Assembly: GCA_965228895.1 (NCBI GenBank)
Contig: OZ245842.1
Coordinates: 4,992,001 to 5,056,000, forward strand
Direction: 5' to 3'
From: Alphaproteobacteria bacterium
GTDB taxonomy: Bacteria > Pseudomonadota > Alphaproteobacteria > SP197
Length of the DNA: 64,000 bases
Shown in pieces: positions 10,199 through 20,853 of this stretch; position 1 is the first letter of the stretch, and every line of letters starts with the position of its first letter. Made by a program: the position numbers and the translations under genes. The notes beneath the pieces were generated by a model. It saw nothing but the letters and a program-made list of their open reading frames with translations. It did not search any database and was not told the origin of the DNA.

Positions 10199-12075
10199 GC
10201 AGCCTGGTCGATATCCGTAATCTGGGCGTCGAGTTCGAAGTCGGCGACGGCCGGGTCAAAGCGGTCCGCGGCGCCAGCTTCACCATCCGGCAGGGACGAA
10301 CCCTGGCGCTGGTCGGCGAGTCCGGATCGGGCAAGACCGTGATCTCCCAGGCGATCATGCGCATCCTGCCGCAGAACGCCCACATCACCCGCGGCCAGAT
10401 CCTGTTCAACGATCCCGACATGGACGGTCAGGTCACCGACATCGCCGCGTTGCCACCCGACGGCAAACGCATGCGCGGCATTCGCGGCGGACGTATCTCG
10501 ATCATTTTCCAGGAGCCGATGACCTCGCTCTCGCCGCTGCACACGGTCGGTGATCAGGTCTCCGAGGCGCTTCACCTTCATCGCAACTGCGATCGCCAGG
10601 AAGGCAAGGAGCTGACCATTTCGATGCTGCGTCTGGTCGGCTTTCCCGACGCCGAGAAAGCCTGGCGCAGCTATCCCTTCGAACTCTCCGGCGGTCTGCG
10701 GCAGCGCGCCATGATCGCCATGGCGCTGGTGTGCCGGCCCGCCCTTCTGGTCGCCGACGAGCCGACCACGGCCTTGGATGTCACCATTCAGGCGCAGATT
10801 CTGAAACTGCTGGACGATCTGCAGGACGAGCTCGGCATGGCGGTGCTGATGATCACCCACGATTTGGGCGTCGTCGCCAACGTCGCCGAAGAGGTGGTCG
10901 TCATGTACCACGGCGAGGTGATGGAGAAGGGCTCGCTGGACGACATCTTCCGCCACGCCGAACATCCCTACCTCAAAGCCCTGTTGCGCGCCGTTCCGCG
11001 TTTCGACATGAAACCGGGCGAGCGTCTGGTGCCGCTGCGCGAGGTCAAACATGCGCATGCCGAGCGCCACCAAAATCGCAGACCCTGGCCGGAGAATGAC
11101 GACCGGCCGCTGCTGAAAGTCAGTCATCTGACCAAGACGTTCAGCATTCGCAAATCGGAATGGCTGGGCGGCAAGAAGGTCGAGCATCTGGCGGTCGACG
11201 ACATCAGTTTCGATGTGCGGCGCGGCGAATGTCTGGGACTGGTCGGCGAGTCCGGTTGCGGCAAGACGACGACCAGCAAGATGATCATGAAGGCGCTGAC
11301 GCCCGACAGCGGTGAGTTGGTCTATAACGACCGGGGCACCGAGATCGACATCCGGACACTCTCCGGTCCCGCGCTGTTCGACTTCAGGCGCGATGTTCAG
11401 TTCATCTTTCAGGACCCCTTCGGATCGCTGAACCCGCGCATGACCGTCATGGACATCATTTCCGAACCGCTGATGATCCATAACGTTTGCAGCGGTCAGG
11501 AGCGCGCCGACCGGGTTATGGAGCTGATGCGGCTTGTCGGTCTGGACGTCCGCCACCTGCGTCGCTACCCACACAGTTTTTCCGGCGGTCAGCGGCAACG
11601 CATCGGCATCGCGCGCGCCCTGGCGCTGGAACCCGACCTCCTGATCTGCGACGAGCCGGTGTCGGCGCTCGACGTATCGATCCAGGCGCAGATCCTGAAT
11701 CTCTTGAAGGATCTGCAGGACGAACTGGGTCTGACCTATCTCTTCATCTCGCACAATCTGGCCGTGATCGATTACATGGCCGATCGCATCGCGGTGATGT
11801 GCGCCGGGCGTCTGGTCGAGCAGGCGGAACGGCGCGAGCTGTTCGAGAACCCCGTCCACCCCTACACCCGCGCGCTTCTGGCCGCCGTGCCGAAACCCGA
11901 CCCCAACCACAAGCTCGACCTGACCGCGCTGATGGCCGGGCGCGCCAGCAACCCGGACGCCTGGCCCGAGCCCTTCACCGTCTCCGCCAACGCCAAGCTC
12001 GACATGATCGATATCGGCAACGGTCACCTGGTGCGCGCCAGTCGCGCGCCGAGCCCCGAGGAGCTTGCCGCGTGA
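10195..12075 (+). CDS. Dual-NBD oligopeptide/dipeptide-type ABC ATP-binding protein (OppD-OppF fusion)
   Basis: Two Walker A ([16 protein letters not shown]), two signatures ([16 protein letters not shown]), [20 protein letters not shown]. Confidence 0.93.
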   Translation: MSSLVDIRNLGVEFEVGDGRVKAVRGASFTIRQGRTLALVGESGSGKTVISQAIMRILPQNAHITRGQILFNDPDMDGQVTDIAALPPDGKRMRGIRGGRISIIFQEPMTSLSPLHTVGDQVSEALHLHRNCDRQEGKELTISMLRLVGFPDAEKAWRSYPFELSGGLRQRAMIAMALVCRPALLVADEPTTALDVTIQAQILKLLDDLQDELGMAVLMITHDLGVVANVAEEVVVMYHGEVMEKGSLDDIFRHAEHPYLKALLRAVPRFDMKPGERLVPLREVKHAHAERHQNRRPWPENDDRPLLKVSHLTKTFSIRKSEWLGGKKVEHLAVDDISFDVRRGECLGLVGESGCGKTTTSKMIMKALTPDSGELVYNDRGTEIDIRTLSGPALFDFRRDVQFIFQDPFGSLNPRMTVMDIISEPLMIHNVCSGQERADRVMELMRLVGLDVRHLRRYPHSFSGGQRQRIGIARALALEPDLLICDEPVSALDVSIQAQILNLLKDLQDELGLTYLFISHNLAVIDYMADRIAVMCAGRLVEQAERRELFENPVHPYTRALLAAVPKPDPNHKLDLTALMAGRASNPDAWPEPFTVSANAKLDMIDIGNGHLVRASRAPSPEELAA

Positions 12076-13979
12076 TCCGCTGCCTGACCGGCCTTGTGGT
12101 CCTTGCATGGCTCGCCGTATCGCCGGCCATGGCAGAAGACCTCATTGAACCGCCCTATTGGGCCGACGCGGTCGCGGCCGGCGAATTGCCGCCGGTCGCC
12201 GAACGGGTCACCGGGTCACCGCTGGTCGTCACCTTGGATGGCGAGCGCACCGTCGGCACCTATGGCAGCGAATGGCAGATGCTGGTCAACCGGGTCAAAG
12301 ACACCCGCCTTCTGGTCGTGTTCGGCTATGCACGCCTGATCGCCTACAACACCGACCTGGACCTGGTGCCCGACATCCTGGAGAGCTATGAGGTTGAGGA
12401 TGGGCGCATCTTTACGTTTCATCTGAGGCCCGACCACCACTGGTCAAACGGCGATCCGTTTACCGCCGAGGATTTTCGTTACTGGTGGGAAGACGTCGCG
12501 ACCCACCCCGATCTATCTCCCTCCGGCCCGCCCAAGCTGATGACCGTCGATGATGAGCTGCCGCGTTTCGAGGTGATCGACGAACTGACGGTCCGTTACA
12601 CGTGGTTGAAGCCCAACCCCGACTTCCTGCCGGCCCTGGCGAGCGCCGCGCCGCTCTTCATCTACCGGCCAGCCGAATACATGAAGCAGTATCACCCCGA
12701 CTACGGCGACATCGACTGGATCAACGCCCAGGTCGAGGAAGCCGGCAAGTCGAGCTGGGCGTCCCTGCATAACGGTGTCGACAATCTCTACAAGTTCGAC
12801 AACCCGGAACTGCCGACCCTGCAGCCGTGGATGATCACCAACGCGGCCCCGGCGCAGCGGTTTATCGGCGTGCGCAATCCGTATTTTCACAAGATCGATC
12901 AGGCCGGGCATCAGTTGCCCTACATCGACCGCATCATCATGAACGTGGTTGACAGCAAGCTGATCCCGCTGAAGACCTGGGCCGGCGAATCCGACCTCCA
13001 GGCGCGCGGCCTGTCGTTCAACGACTATACGTTCCTGAAGGAAGGCGAAGGCCACAACGACTACCAGGTGCGCCTGTGGCGCACGGTGCGCGGCTCACAG
13101 TTGGCGCTCTATCCCAACCTGAACGTCAACGACCCGGTGTGGCGCGACCTGTTGCGCGACGTCCGGTTCCGCCGCGCTTTGTCGCTCGCCATCAACCGCC
13201 ATGAGATCAACCAGGTCATCTATTATGGCCTGGGCATCGAGGGCAACAACACGGTCCTGCCGTTGAGCCCGCTCTATGACGAGAGCTATCGCAGCCAGTG
13301 GGCCCAGTTCGATCTGGACGAGGCGAACCGCCTGCTCGACGAGATCGGCCTGACCGAACGCGACAGCCAGGGATATCGTCTGATGCCGGACGGACGGCGG
13401 CTGCAGATCATTGTCGAGACCGCCGGCGAAGATCCGCAGGAGTCGGACATTCTCGAGCTGATCCACGACAGTTGGCGCGACGCCGGCATCAAGCTCTTCA
13501 CCAAGCCGATGCAGCGCGAAGTCTTGCGCAACCGCGTCTTCGCCGGCGAGACCGTGATGTCGATCTGGTTCGGCCTGGAGAACGGCGTGCCGACGCCGGA
13601 GATGACGCCAGCGGAATTCGCGCCGACCAGCCAACAACTCCTGCAGTGGCCAAAGTGGGGTCAGTTTTACGAGACGTCGGGCGCCAGCGGCGAGCCGATC
13701 GACATGGCCGATGCCGAGCGGCTGATGGAACTGGCGCACGATTGGCAAAGTGCCGGCAGCGAGGCCGAACAAGAGCAGATCTGGGAAGAGATCTTGCAGA
13801 CCTACGCCGACGGTGTTTACTCGATCGGTTTGATCGCCGGCATCTTTCAGCCAGTCGTCGTTTCCGATCGTCTGCACAATGTGCCCGAGGAAGCCATGTT
13901 CAATTGGGATCCGGGCAGTCAGTTCGGCATCTACGAACCCGAGACCTTCTGGTTCACCGACGGTAGCAACGGGCGGTAG
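12072..13979 (+). CDS. ABC substrate-binding protein, family 5
   Basis: GTG start overlapping upstream stop; signal peptide; GELPPVAER, PDILESYEV..DGRIFTFHLR..WSNGDPFTAED, RFRRALSLAINR. Confidence 0.88.
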   Translation: MIRCLTGLVVLAWLAVSPAMAEDLIEPPYWADAVAAGELPPVAERVTGSPLVVTLDGERTVGTYGSEWQMLVNRVKDTRLLVVFGYARLIAYNTDLDLVPDILESYEVEDGRIFTFHLRPDHHWSNGDPFTAEDFRYWWEDVATHPDLSPSGPPKLMTVDDELPRFEVIDELTVRYTWLKPNPDFLPALASAAPLFIYRPAEYMKQYHPDYGDIDWINAQVEEAGKSSWASLHNGVDNLYKFDNPELPTLQPWMITNAAPAQRFIGVRNPYFHKIDQAGHQLPYIDRIIMNVVDSKLIPLKTWAGESDLQARGLSFNDYTFLKEGEGHNDYQVRLWRTVRGSQLALYPNLNVNDPVWRDLLRDVRFRRALSLAINRHEINQVIYYGLGIEGNNTVLPLSPLYDESYRSQWAQFDLDEANRLLDEIGLTERDSQGYRLMPDGRRLQIIVETAGEDPQESDILELIHDSWRDAGIKLFTKPMQREVLRNRVFAGETVMSIWFGLENGVPTPEMTPAEFAPTSQQLLQWPKWGQFYETSGASGEPIDMADAERLMELAHDWQSAGSEAEQEQIWEEILQTYADGVYSIGLIAGIFQPVVVSDRLHNVPEEAMFNWDPGSQFGIYEPETFWFTDGSNGR

Positions 13980-13984
13980 CGGGC

Positions 13985-14983
13985 ATGATCAACTACATCG
14001 CCCAGCGCCTGTTGATCATGGTGCCGACCTTGATCGGCATCAGCCTGATCACCTTCATCATCATCCAGCTGCCGCCGGGCGACTTTCTGTCGACCATGAT
14101 CGCCGAGTGCGAGGCCCAGGGCGAAAGCTCGTGCGCCGATCAGATCGAGATCTATCGCCAGGAGTTCGGCCTCGATAAGCCGGTCTGGCAGCAATACCTG
14201 TTCTGGGTCGGCGGCTTGCTGCAGGGCGATCTTGGCCTGAGCTTCGAATACAACAAGCCGGTCAATCAGGTGATCGGTGAAAGCCTGCTACTCACGATCA
14301 TCGTGTCGGCGGCGACCATCGTCTTCACGTGGGTTGTCGCCTTTCCCATCGGCGTCTATTCGGCCACCCACCAGTACTCCTGGGGCGATCACGGCCTGAC
14401 CTTTATCGGTTTTCTGGGTCTGGCAACGCCGAACTTCCTGTTGGCGCTGGTCCTGCTGTTCCTGGCCAATGTCTGGTTCGGCACGTCGATCGGCGGCCTG
14501 ATGGATCCGGAATATCTCGACCAGCCGTGGAGCTGGGCCAAGTTCCTCTCTGTCCTCGAACACCTATGGATCCCGGTGGTCGTGATCGGCACGTCCGGCA
14601 CCGCCGGCCTGATCCGGCGCCTGCGCGCCAATCTGCTGGACGAGTTGCAGAAACAATATGTCGTCACCGCGCGCGCCAAGGGCCTGTCGCCGGGCAGGGC
14701 GCTCATGAAGTATCCGCTGCGCATGGCGCTCAACCCGTTCATCGCCGACATCGGCAACCTCTTGCCCCAGGTCATCTCCGGCGCCGTCATCGTCTCGGTC
14801 GTGTTGTCGCTGCCGACCACGGGCCCGATCCTGCTGCGCGCGCTGCAGACCCAGGACATGTACCTCGCCGGCTCGTTCCTGATGTGCCTGGCGCTGTTGA
14901 CCGTGATCGGCGTCTTGATTTCCGATCTTCTGCTCGCCGTGCTCGATCCACGCATTCGGCTGGCTTCGGGGGCCGGTCACTGA
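13985..14983 (+). CDS. ABC permease (OppB-like)
   Basis: LPPGD, FGLDKP, GDLGLS, YVVTARAKGL, DLLLAVLDPRIR. Confidence 0.92.
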   Translation: MINYIAQRLLIMVPTLIGISLITFIIIQLPPGDFLSTMIAECEAQGESSCADQIEIYRQEFGLDKPVWQQYLFWVGGLLQGDLGLSFEYNKPVNQVIGESLLLTIIVSAATIVFTWVVAFPIGVYSATHQYSWGDHGLTFIGFLGLATPNFLLALVLLFLANVWFGTSIGGLMDPEYLDQPWSWAKFLSVLEHLWIPVVVIGTSGTAGLIRRLRANLLDELQKQYVVTARAKGLSPGRALMKYPLRMALNPFIADIGNLLPQVISGAVIVSVVLSLPTTGPILLRALQTQDMYLAGSFLMCLALLTVIGVLISDLLLAVLDPRIRLASGAGH

Positions 14984-16158
14984 TGAGCGACACCACCCGC
15001 AAGGACGACGATACGATCGAACGTTTCGTCTCCGACAAACCCTTCGATCCCTATTCCGTCGAGCAGCTGACGCCCGAACAGGAACGCTTCTACATGGCGT
15101 CCCAGTGGAAGCTGATGTGGTGGAAGTTCCGGCGCCACCAGATCGCCGTGATTTCAGGCGTGCTGCTGCTGCTGACCTTCTTCTCGATCCTGATCTCGGA
15201 GATCCTGGCGCCCTACAATCTCGCCACCCGCCACACCGACTTCATCTACGCGCCGCCCCAGGCGGTCCACTTTTTCCATGACGGATCGTTCGTTGGCCCG
15301 TTTGTCTACGGCCTCAACTACGAACTCGACATGGACACCCTGCAGCGGGTCTATACGTCGAACACCCAGGACGTGCAGCCGATCCGCTTTTTCTGTCTGG
15401 GCGATGAGTATGAGTTCTGGGGCGCAGTTCCCATGCGCTTCCACATCGTATGCCCGGCCGAGGACGGCCAGATGTTCCTGTTGGGCACCGACCGGCTGGG
15501 CCGCGACATGCTGTCGCGCATCATCTATGGCGCGCGTATCTCGCTCACCGTCGGCCTGATCGGCATCACCATCAGCTTCGTGCTGGGCATCATCCTGGGC
15601 GGCCTGTCGGGTTACTACGGCGGCTGGATCGACACGCTGGTCCAGCGCCTGATCGAGATCATCCGCAGTTTCCCGGAACTGCCGCTATGGATGGCGCTGT
15701 CGGCGGCCTTGCCGGTGACCTGGAGTCCGCTGCTGATCTATTTCGGTATCACCATCATTCTGGGCCTGTTCGACTGGACCGGGTTGGCGCGCGCGGTGCG
15801 CTCAAAGCTCCTGTCGTTGCGCGAGGAGGATTTCGCGACCGCGGCCGTCTTGATGGGCGCGACGCCCAAGCGCGTCATCTTCCGCCACCTGTTGCCCAGC
15901 TTCACCAGTCATCTGATTGCCAGCGCCACCTTGTCGATCCCGGCCATGATCCTGGGCGAGACGGCGCTGTCGTTCCTGGGGCTCGGCCTGCGCCCGCCAA
16001 TCACCAGTTGGGGCGTGCTGCTGAACGAGGCGCAGAACATCAACGTCGTCGCGCTCTATCCCTGGCTGATGCTGCCCGTGGTGCCGGTCATCATCGTGGT
16101 GCTCGCCTTCAACTTTCTGGGCGACGGCCTGCGCGACGCCGCCGATCCCTACAAATAG
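14983..16158 (+). CDS. ABC permease (OppC-like)
   Basis: LLGTDRLGRDMLSRIIYGARISL, ETALSFLGLG, NFLGDGLRDAADP; ATG overlaps upstream TGA. Confidence 0.92.
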   Translation: MSDTTRKDDDTIERFVSDKPFDPYSVEQLTPEQERFYMASQWKLMWWKFRRHQIAVISGVLLLLTFFSILISEILAPYNLATRHTDFIYAPPQAVHFFHDGSFVGPFVYGLNYELDMDTLQRVYTSNTQDVQPIRFFCLGDEYEFWGAVPMRFHIVCPAEDGQMFLLGTDRLGRDMLSRIIYGARISLTVGLIGITISFVLGIILGGLSGYYGGWIDTLVQRLIEIIRSFPELPLWMALSAALPVTWSPLLIYFGITIILGLFDWTGLARAVRSKLLSLREEDFATAAVLMGATPKRVIFRHLLPSFTSHLIASATLSIPAMILGETALSFLGLGLRPPITSWGVLLNEAQNINVVALYPWLMLPVVPVIIVVLAFNFLGDGLRDAADPYK

Positions 16159-16233
16159 GGCCCGCCTCGCGTCCCGGCTCAAGGCCCGGGTGCAGCGGTG
16201 TGTCTGTTATGAAGCGCGCGCGATTGCCGCTGT

Positions 16234-16554
16234 CTAGCGCATCTTCCAGACGGCGAGGACGGCGAAGATCAAAAGCGCGATCGGCCAGTGGTAGAAGGCA
16301 AGGCCGCCCTCCATGACGCCGAGCGCCAGCATGGAACCGATCGGCAGGAAGAAACACCCGGCCCACCCGCCATAATCGGCCAGCCACTGGTTGAAGACTT
16401 CCAGGCTGGCGCGGGTAAAACCACGGGGCAAGCCGGCCGGTATCGGCAAACGTGCGCGGAAAAACAGCATCCAAACGCTGCCGGCGATCATGGCGACGGA
16501 CAACGCGAAGACGTGCCCCGCCCCGGTGGTGAAAAAGTCGATCATGGGGACCAT
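16234..16554 (-). CDS. Small hypothetical membrane protein (~3 TM)
   Basis: Hydrophobic helices from MVPMIDFF onwards; start uncertain (16554 or 16545). Confidence 0.5.
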   Translation of the reverse strand: MVPMIDFFTTGAGHVFALSVAMIAGSVWMLFFRARLPIPAGLPRGFTRASLEVFNQWLADYGGWAGCFFLPIGSMLALGVMEGGLAFYHWPIALLIFAVLAVWKMR

Positions 16555-16768
16555 TTTGGCCCAAAAAGCAGTCTTTTCAAGCCGGCGGCGGTGGCGCAGA
16601 CGCTTGGTAACGATCACATCTGTGTTGGCATCCTGGCCTTCCCCGGCCTGAATCGCTTCTCGACAACCCCGATTCCGGACCCGAACTTGTCCGCCGCCGC
16701 CACCGCCAACGGCACGCCCAACGTCCAACGTTGGCGCCTAAGAGGCCGATCAATGCAAAGGAGCACCC

Positions 16769-17329
16769 ATGTCGCTAACCAACCTCCTCGTGCCGACCTA
16801 TGGAAACATGCTGCAGGCGTTGTCGGGCTGGCTGGACAAGGCAGAGCAGCAGGCCGCCGAGCCGGAAGCGCTGCTCGCCGCGCGGCTTACGTCCGATATG
16901 TTCCCGCTGTCATCGCAGATTCGCTTCGTTTGCCTACAAGCCCAGGAAGCGACGTTTCGGCTTCAAGGTGAGCCACTACCAGACGGCTTGGAGCAGTTGG
17001 CGCGCGAGGGTCAGAAGGCCGGCGAGCATCCAGGCTCGATGGCGGACGCCCAGGGGCGGATCAGCGGCGCTCTCTCGTTTCTGGGCGGTCTTGGACCGGA
17101 CGCGCTCGATGCCGGCGCGCAACGTTCGATCACCCTTGACCTTCCGAACGGCATGACTTTTGACATGACGGGTGAGGAATATGCCCGGGACTGGGCGCTA
17201 CCCCAGTTCTACTTCCACCTGGTTACCGCCTACGCCATCCTTCGAAGCCATTCGATTGAGCTGGGGAAAGCGGATTACGTCCAGCACATGTTCGCCTATC
17301 TCAGGCCCGGATCGATGCCGGAAAGCTAA
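16769..17329 (+). CDS. DUF1993-family (DinB-like) protein
   Basis: LAARL..DMFPL..Q and ALPQFYFHLVTAYAILR...ELGK.DY motifs; RBS aaggag. Confidence 0.8.
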   Translation: MSLTNLLVPTYGNMLQALSGWLDKAEQQAAEPEALLAARLTSDMFPLSSQIRFVCLQAQEATFRLQGEPLPDGLEQLAREGQKAGEHPGSMADAQGRISGALSFLGGLGPDALDAGAQRSITLDLPNGMTFDMTGEEYARDWALPQFYFHLVTAYAILRSHSIELGKADYVQHMFAYLRPGSMPES

Positions 17330-17337
17330 GCGACACA

Positions 17338-17661
17338 TCAGCGTGTTCGCCACGCCACCACGACGGGAATCACAACGAAACCGGCAAAAAAAGCGGCCGC
17401 ACCCAGGCCGAGCTCCCAGTACGTCAGCACGTAGGACATGATGAGGTAGCCGAGAATCACCAGGCTGATACCCAGGACCGTCAGCCCATCGAGCTCATCG
17501 TTGCGTTGTCGAACCTTTTGCGCCCTGGCGGGCGGCATTCCCGGCCATGTCGGCTGGGGGCTTGGCTTGACGGCCAGTGTGCGGCGCAAACAGACCAAGA
17601 CACCGGCCCACAAGGCAAGCAAGCCGAGAAGGAATACCGAGGTGATGTCGCCGCCGGGCAT
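17338..17661 (-). CDS. Small hypothetical membrane protein
   Basis: Three hydrophobic segments; starts 9 nt after SDR stop. Confidence 0.55.
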   Translation of the reverse strand: MPGGDITSVFLLGLLALWAGVLVCLRRTLAVKPSPQPTWPGMPPARAQKVRQRNDELDGLTVLGISLVILGYLIMSYVLTYWELGLGAAAFFAGFVVIPVVVAWRTR

Positions 17662-17670
17662 GTCGTTACC

Positions 17671-18483
17671 CTAGACCGGCTGCGAATAGGCGTCGCGCGC
17701 GACATCCTCGAGCAGCGGCATCGAGGGGTAATCCAGGATCATCAGCCCGCCGTCGACGATCAGGGTCTGGCCGGTGATGAAGCTTGCCTCGTCGGATGCC
17801 AGGAACAGCACGGCGGCGGCGATCTCCTGGGGCGTACCCATGCGGTTCATCAGCGATGGCGGCATCGCCCAACTGCCGTCCGACGAGCCGGAGGGCGGGG
17901 CCGCCGCATCGTTCTCGGTGGCAATCCAGCCCGGGCTGACGCCGTTCACGCGCACGCCCATGGGCCCGCCCTCGGCGGCGAAGGAACGCGTCAGACCCTC
18001 CACCGCCGCCTTGGCGATGCCGTAGAGCCCCCAGTTGCCGTGCCAGGTCGCGGTCGAGGAAATGTTGACCATGGCGCCTTTGGTCTTGGCCAGATGCGGC
18101 AGCGCATAGGCCGAGACGAAATAAGGCGCATCGAGGTTCGGGCCACGCAGCTTGTCCCAACGCACACCCGGCCCGTCCGCATCCCGAACACCGGCACGCC
18201 GGCCACCGACACCCGCGTTGTTGATGACGACGTCGATCCGGCCGTAATCGGCGACAACCCGGTCGATCAGACCAGCGACGGCGTCCTCATCTGCCAGTTC
18301 GACGGGATAGAAGCCACCGTCGCCGCCGCGCTCTTTGATCTCGGCCTCGACATTGGCGCCCTTCGCCTTGTCACGGCCGACGAACGGCACCCGGGCGCGC
18401 TCTTCGATCAGCCGGTGCACCATGCCCCGGCCGATGCCGGAATTGCCGCCGGTGACCAACACCACCTTGTCCTTGAAACGCAT
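17671..18483 (-). CDS. Short-chain dehydrogenase/reductase
   Basis: TGGNSGIG, NNAG, NISS, YGIAK, VNGVSPG. Confidence 0.93.
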   Translation of the reverse strand: MRFKDKVVLVTGGNSGIGRGMVHRLIEERARVPFVGRDKAKGANVEAEIKERGGDGGFYPVELADEDAVAGLIDRVVADYGRIDVVINNAGVGGRRAGVRDADGPGVRWDKLRGPNLDAPYFVSAYALPHLAKTKGAMVNISSTATWHGNWGLYGIAKAAVEGLTRSFAAEGGPMGVRVNGVSPGWIATENDAAAPPSGSSDGSWAMPPSLMNRMGTPQEIAAAVLFLASDEASFITGQTLIVDGGLMILDYPSMPLLEDVARDAYSQPV

Positions 18484-18528
18484 AGCCCCTGCCCTCGTGC
18501 CGTAAGCGGTTGGGTACGAGGAACCAGC

Positions 18529-19902
18529 CTACGCCGGCGTCACCGCATCGCAAGGATTGTCCTTGAGTACGGCAATCGCCAGGGGCTCGGTGACACCGTC
18601 AATGGGGCGCGCGGTAAGCTGCGCAAACGTCGCTGGTGACGCGCCCTGCTCGGCCGCGAGCGCGAGGGCGGCGGTCGAGGCGGTGGCGCGAACGCCTTCG
18701 GCCTTGCAGTGTTTCTCGAGCTTGGCGGCCAGATTTACCGCGTCGCCGATGACCGTGTACTCCAGGCGGCTGTCATCACCGACTGCGCCGAACACCACCT
18801 GGCCGGTCGCAAGACCCATGCCGTAGCCCAACGGCGCCAGACCTTCAGCGCGGCGGCGTTCGTTCCATGCCGCCATGCCGGAATCGATGCGCACGACGGC
18901 GGCCATCGCGTCGCGCGCGTAGGTTTCGCTGGGCGCCGCCGCGCCGAACGTCGCCATGACGCCGTCACCCAAAAACTTGTCGATCGAGCCGCCGTTCTCC
19001 TGCACCGCCGGCACGACGATCGCCTGATACTGCGACAGCATCGCCACTGTTTCCGACGGCCCGACGTCGCGCGACATCGGTGTGAAACCGCGGATGTCGA
19101 CAAACAGAATCGCGGCGTCGCGGACCACGCCTTCGCCCGGGTTGACCATGTCATCGGCGCGTACGATCTGCTCGGCGATCTCCGGCGCGAAGAACCGTGA
19201 GAGATCGGCCGCCGCCTGGCTTTCGGCGACCGAGCGAATGAGCTGGCGGCGCGCGCGGGTCAGCGCAATGAAGAGCACGCCGGTCACCAGCACGATCGAC
19301 AGAATCTTGTCGATCTCGCCGCCGATCAGAATGTCGCTGGATTGCAGGTAGTGGATGTAGTCCTGCGTGATCGGGCTGGTCGCCGGCGCCAGCATCACCG
19401 CGTAAACCAAAAGGGCGGCCCACCCGACCACCGCGGCAATGCCCGCCATGGCGACATAGCGGGGATCAAAACGCAGCGTGCGCAGCGCGATCAAGCCGAA
19501 CAGGTAGAGCATGGTCGGGCCTTTGAGGGAAAAGCCCGGCGGCTGCATGTACTGGATATGGAAACTCCAGATCGTGACCAGCAGCACGCTCACGTCGACC
19601 ACGATCGACATGACGATCATCCAAGACGGCAGGCGCCGGAGATGGGCCAGGACGAGCCGGATGACCGTAAACACCGTGTAGGCGCCGAGCGCCCAGGGCA
19701 CCGGCTCCAGCATGGCGTCGGCGGGAAAGGTCTTGCGCGTCAGGCTGTAGAGCACGGCAAAGAAGGCGATGCCGCAGATCTGCACCCAGCCGATCAGGAT
19801 CTCGCTGTCGGCCTGGTCGCGCGCGATCTGCGCCTGCACACGTTCCGGCAGGCGGCCTTCGACAGGCGCGCCGAACAAGAGCCTTGCCACGCGTTTCAGC
19901 AC
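18529..19902 (-). CDS. Membrane-anchored class III adenylate/guanylate cyclase
   Basis: N-terminal TM helices; ILFVDIRGFT, DKFLGDG, YTVIGDAVNLAAKLE. Confidence 0.9.
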   Translation of the reverse strand: MLKRVARLLFGAPVEGRLPERVQAQIARDQADSEILIGWVQICGIAFFAVLYSLTRKTFPADAMLEPVPWALGAYTVFTVIRLVLAHLRRLPSWMIVMSIVVDVSVLLVTIWSFHIQYMQPPGFSLKGPTMLYLFGLIALRTLRFDPRYVAMAGIAAVVGWAALLVYAVMLAPATSPITQDYIHYLQSSDILIGGEIDKILSIVLVTGVLFIALTRARRQLIRSVAESQAAADLSRFFAPEIAEQIVRADDMVNPGEGVVRDAAILFVDIRGFTPMSRDVGPSETVAMLSQYQAIVVPAVQENGGSIDKFLGDGVMATFGAAAPSETYARDAMAAVVRIDSGMAAWNERRRAEGLAPLGYGMGLATGQVVFGAVGDDSRLEYTVIGDAVNLAAKLEKHCKAEGVRATASTAALALAAEQGASPATFAQLTARPIDGVTEPLAIAVLKDNPCDAVTPA

Positions 19903-20001
19903 CCGATCCTCCAGATCCCCGCCATGGCCATTATACGCAGGCCAAAGGCTGACGCGCCGTCAAAGGCCCGTGTCGGGCGTGTGAGGCCCCAGAGGAGCGG
20001 T

Positions 20002-20853
20002 TCAGCGGCGCCTGAGCCACAGGCTGGTCTCGAACGCACCGTCGGGCAGCGGAAGCCGTGACACCACCGAACGGCTCAGCAAATCGGCCCGGCGCGTCAC
20101 CATGTAGCGGCTGGCGAAGAGCGGCTGCCATGCGCCGCTGGTCATCGGCCCGACCAGCGCCAGCTGCTCGCCATAGCCGCGCCATGCCCAGGCCGTCGGA
20201 TAGTCGTCCGGCAGGAAGATATCGTGAATGTGGACCAGCACGCCCTGGGGCAGTTCGGGCAGGACATGGTTGAAAAGAAAATCCACGTCGCTGCCCGGCA
20301 TCAGGATGTGACTTGAATCGATAAACAGAATGTCGCCCTCGCCCAAGCGACGAAACAACGCCTGGTCGGCGCGATGCACGGGCTCGCTGATCCATTCGAC
20401 GTCGAGGTCGCGGATTGCTGCCCGCGGCGCCGGATCGATCGCTGCCAACCGTGTGCTGAGGCCGCCATCGGCAATGGCACGGGCCATGAACCGGGTCGAG
20501 TGGCCGGACCCGACCTCCAGGATACGCGACGGCTCGGCTGCGCGGACCATGGCATAGGCGACCGCCGCGTCGAGGCGCGGAAACCAGTCCTGATGCCAGC
20601 GTGGGCCGGGTGCGGGATCGTCAGCGGCGATCGCTTCCAGCGCTTCAGCTTGGTCGTCGACCCGGTCGAGCGTCGCCTGAAAGATCGCTTCATGGGCAGC
20701 GAACAAACGCTCGACCGAGTCATAAGCCGAACGGTGACCCGGACCCGGCAACTGGTCGGCGTAGCGGTAGGGCACGAAATAGCCGCGCGGCTTCAGCCCA
20801 AGAACCGTCGACAAGGCAAACCACAAACGCCGCCAGCGTGCCCGCAAGCTCAC
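20002..20853 (-). CDS. Class I SAM-dependent methyltransferase (Methyltransf_24-like)
   Basis: ILEVGSGHST, GDILFIDSSH, VHIHDIFLP. Confidence 0.85.
   Translation of the reverse strand: MSLRARWRRLWFALSTVLGLKPRGYFVPYRYADQLPGPGHRSAYDSVERLFAAHEAIFQATLDRVDDQAEALEAIAADDPAPGPRWHQDWFPRLDAAVAYAMVRAAEPSRILEVGSGHSTRFMARAIADGGLSTRLAAIDPAPRAAIRDLDVEWISEPVHRADQALFRRLGEGDILFIDSSHILMPGSDVDFLFNHVLPELPQGVLVHIHDIFLPDDYPTAWAWRGYGEQLALVGPMTSGAWQPLFASRYMVTRRADLLSRSVVSRLPLPDGAFETSLWLRRR

Noticed and set aside
11487-12071. N-terminal extensions given by the ORF track (830-aa binding protein, 609-aa permease, 313-aa sulfotransferase, 187-aa HemJ)
   Set aside because: They overlap upstream genes; downstream starts coupled to the preceding stop codons fit better.
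9970-12108. Long antisense ORFs (e.g. 712 aa here; also 2071-3390, 25843-27312, 39216-40706, 58984-60192)
   Set aside because: Shadow ORFs opposite well-supported genes, as expected in high-GC DNA; no recognisable motifs.
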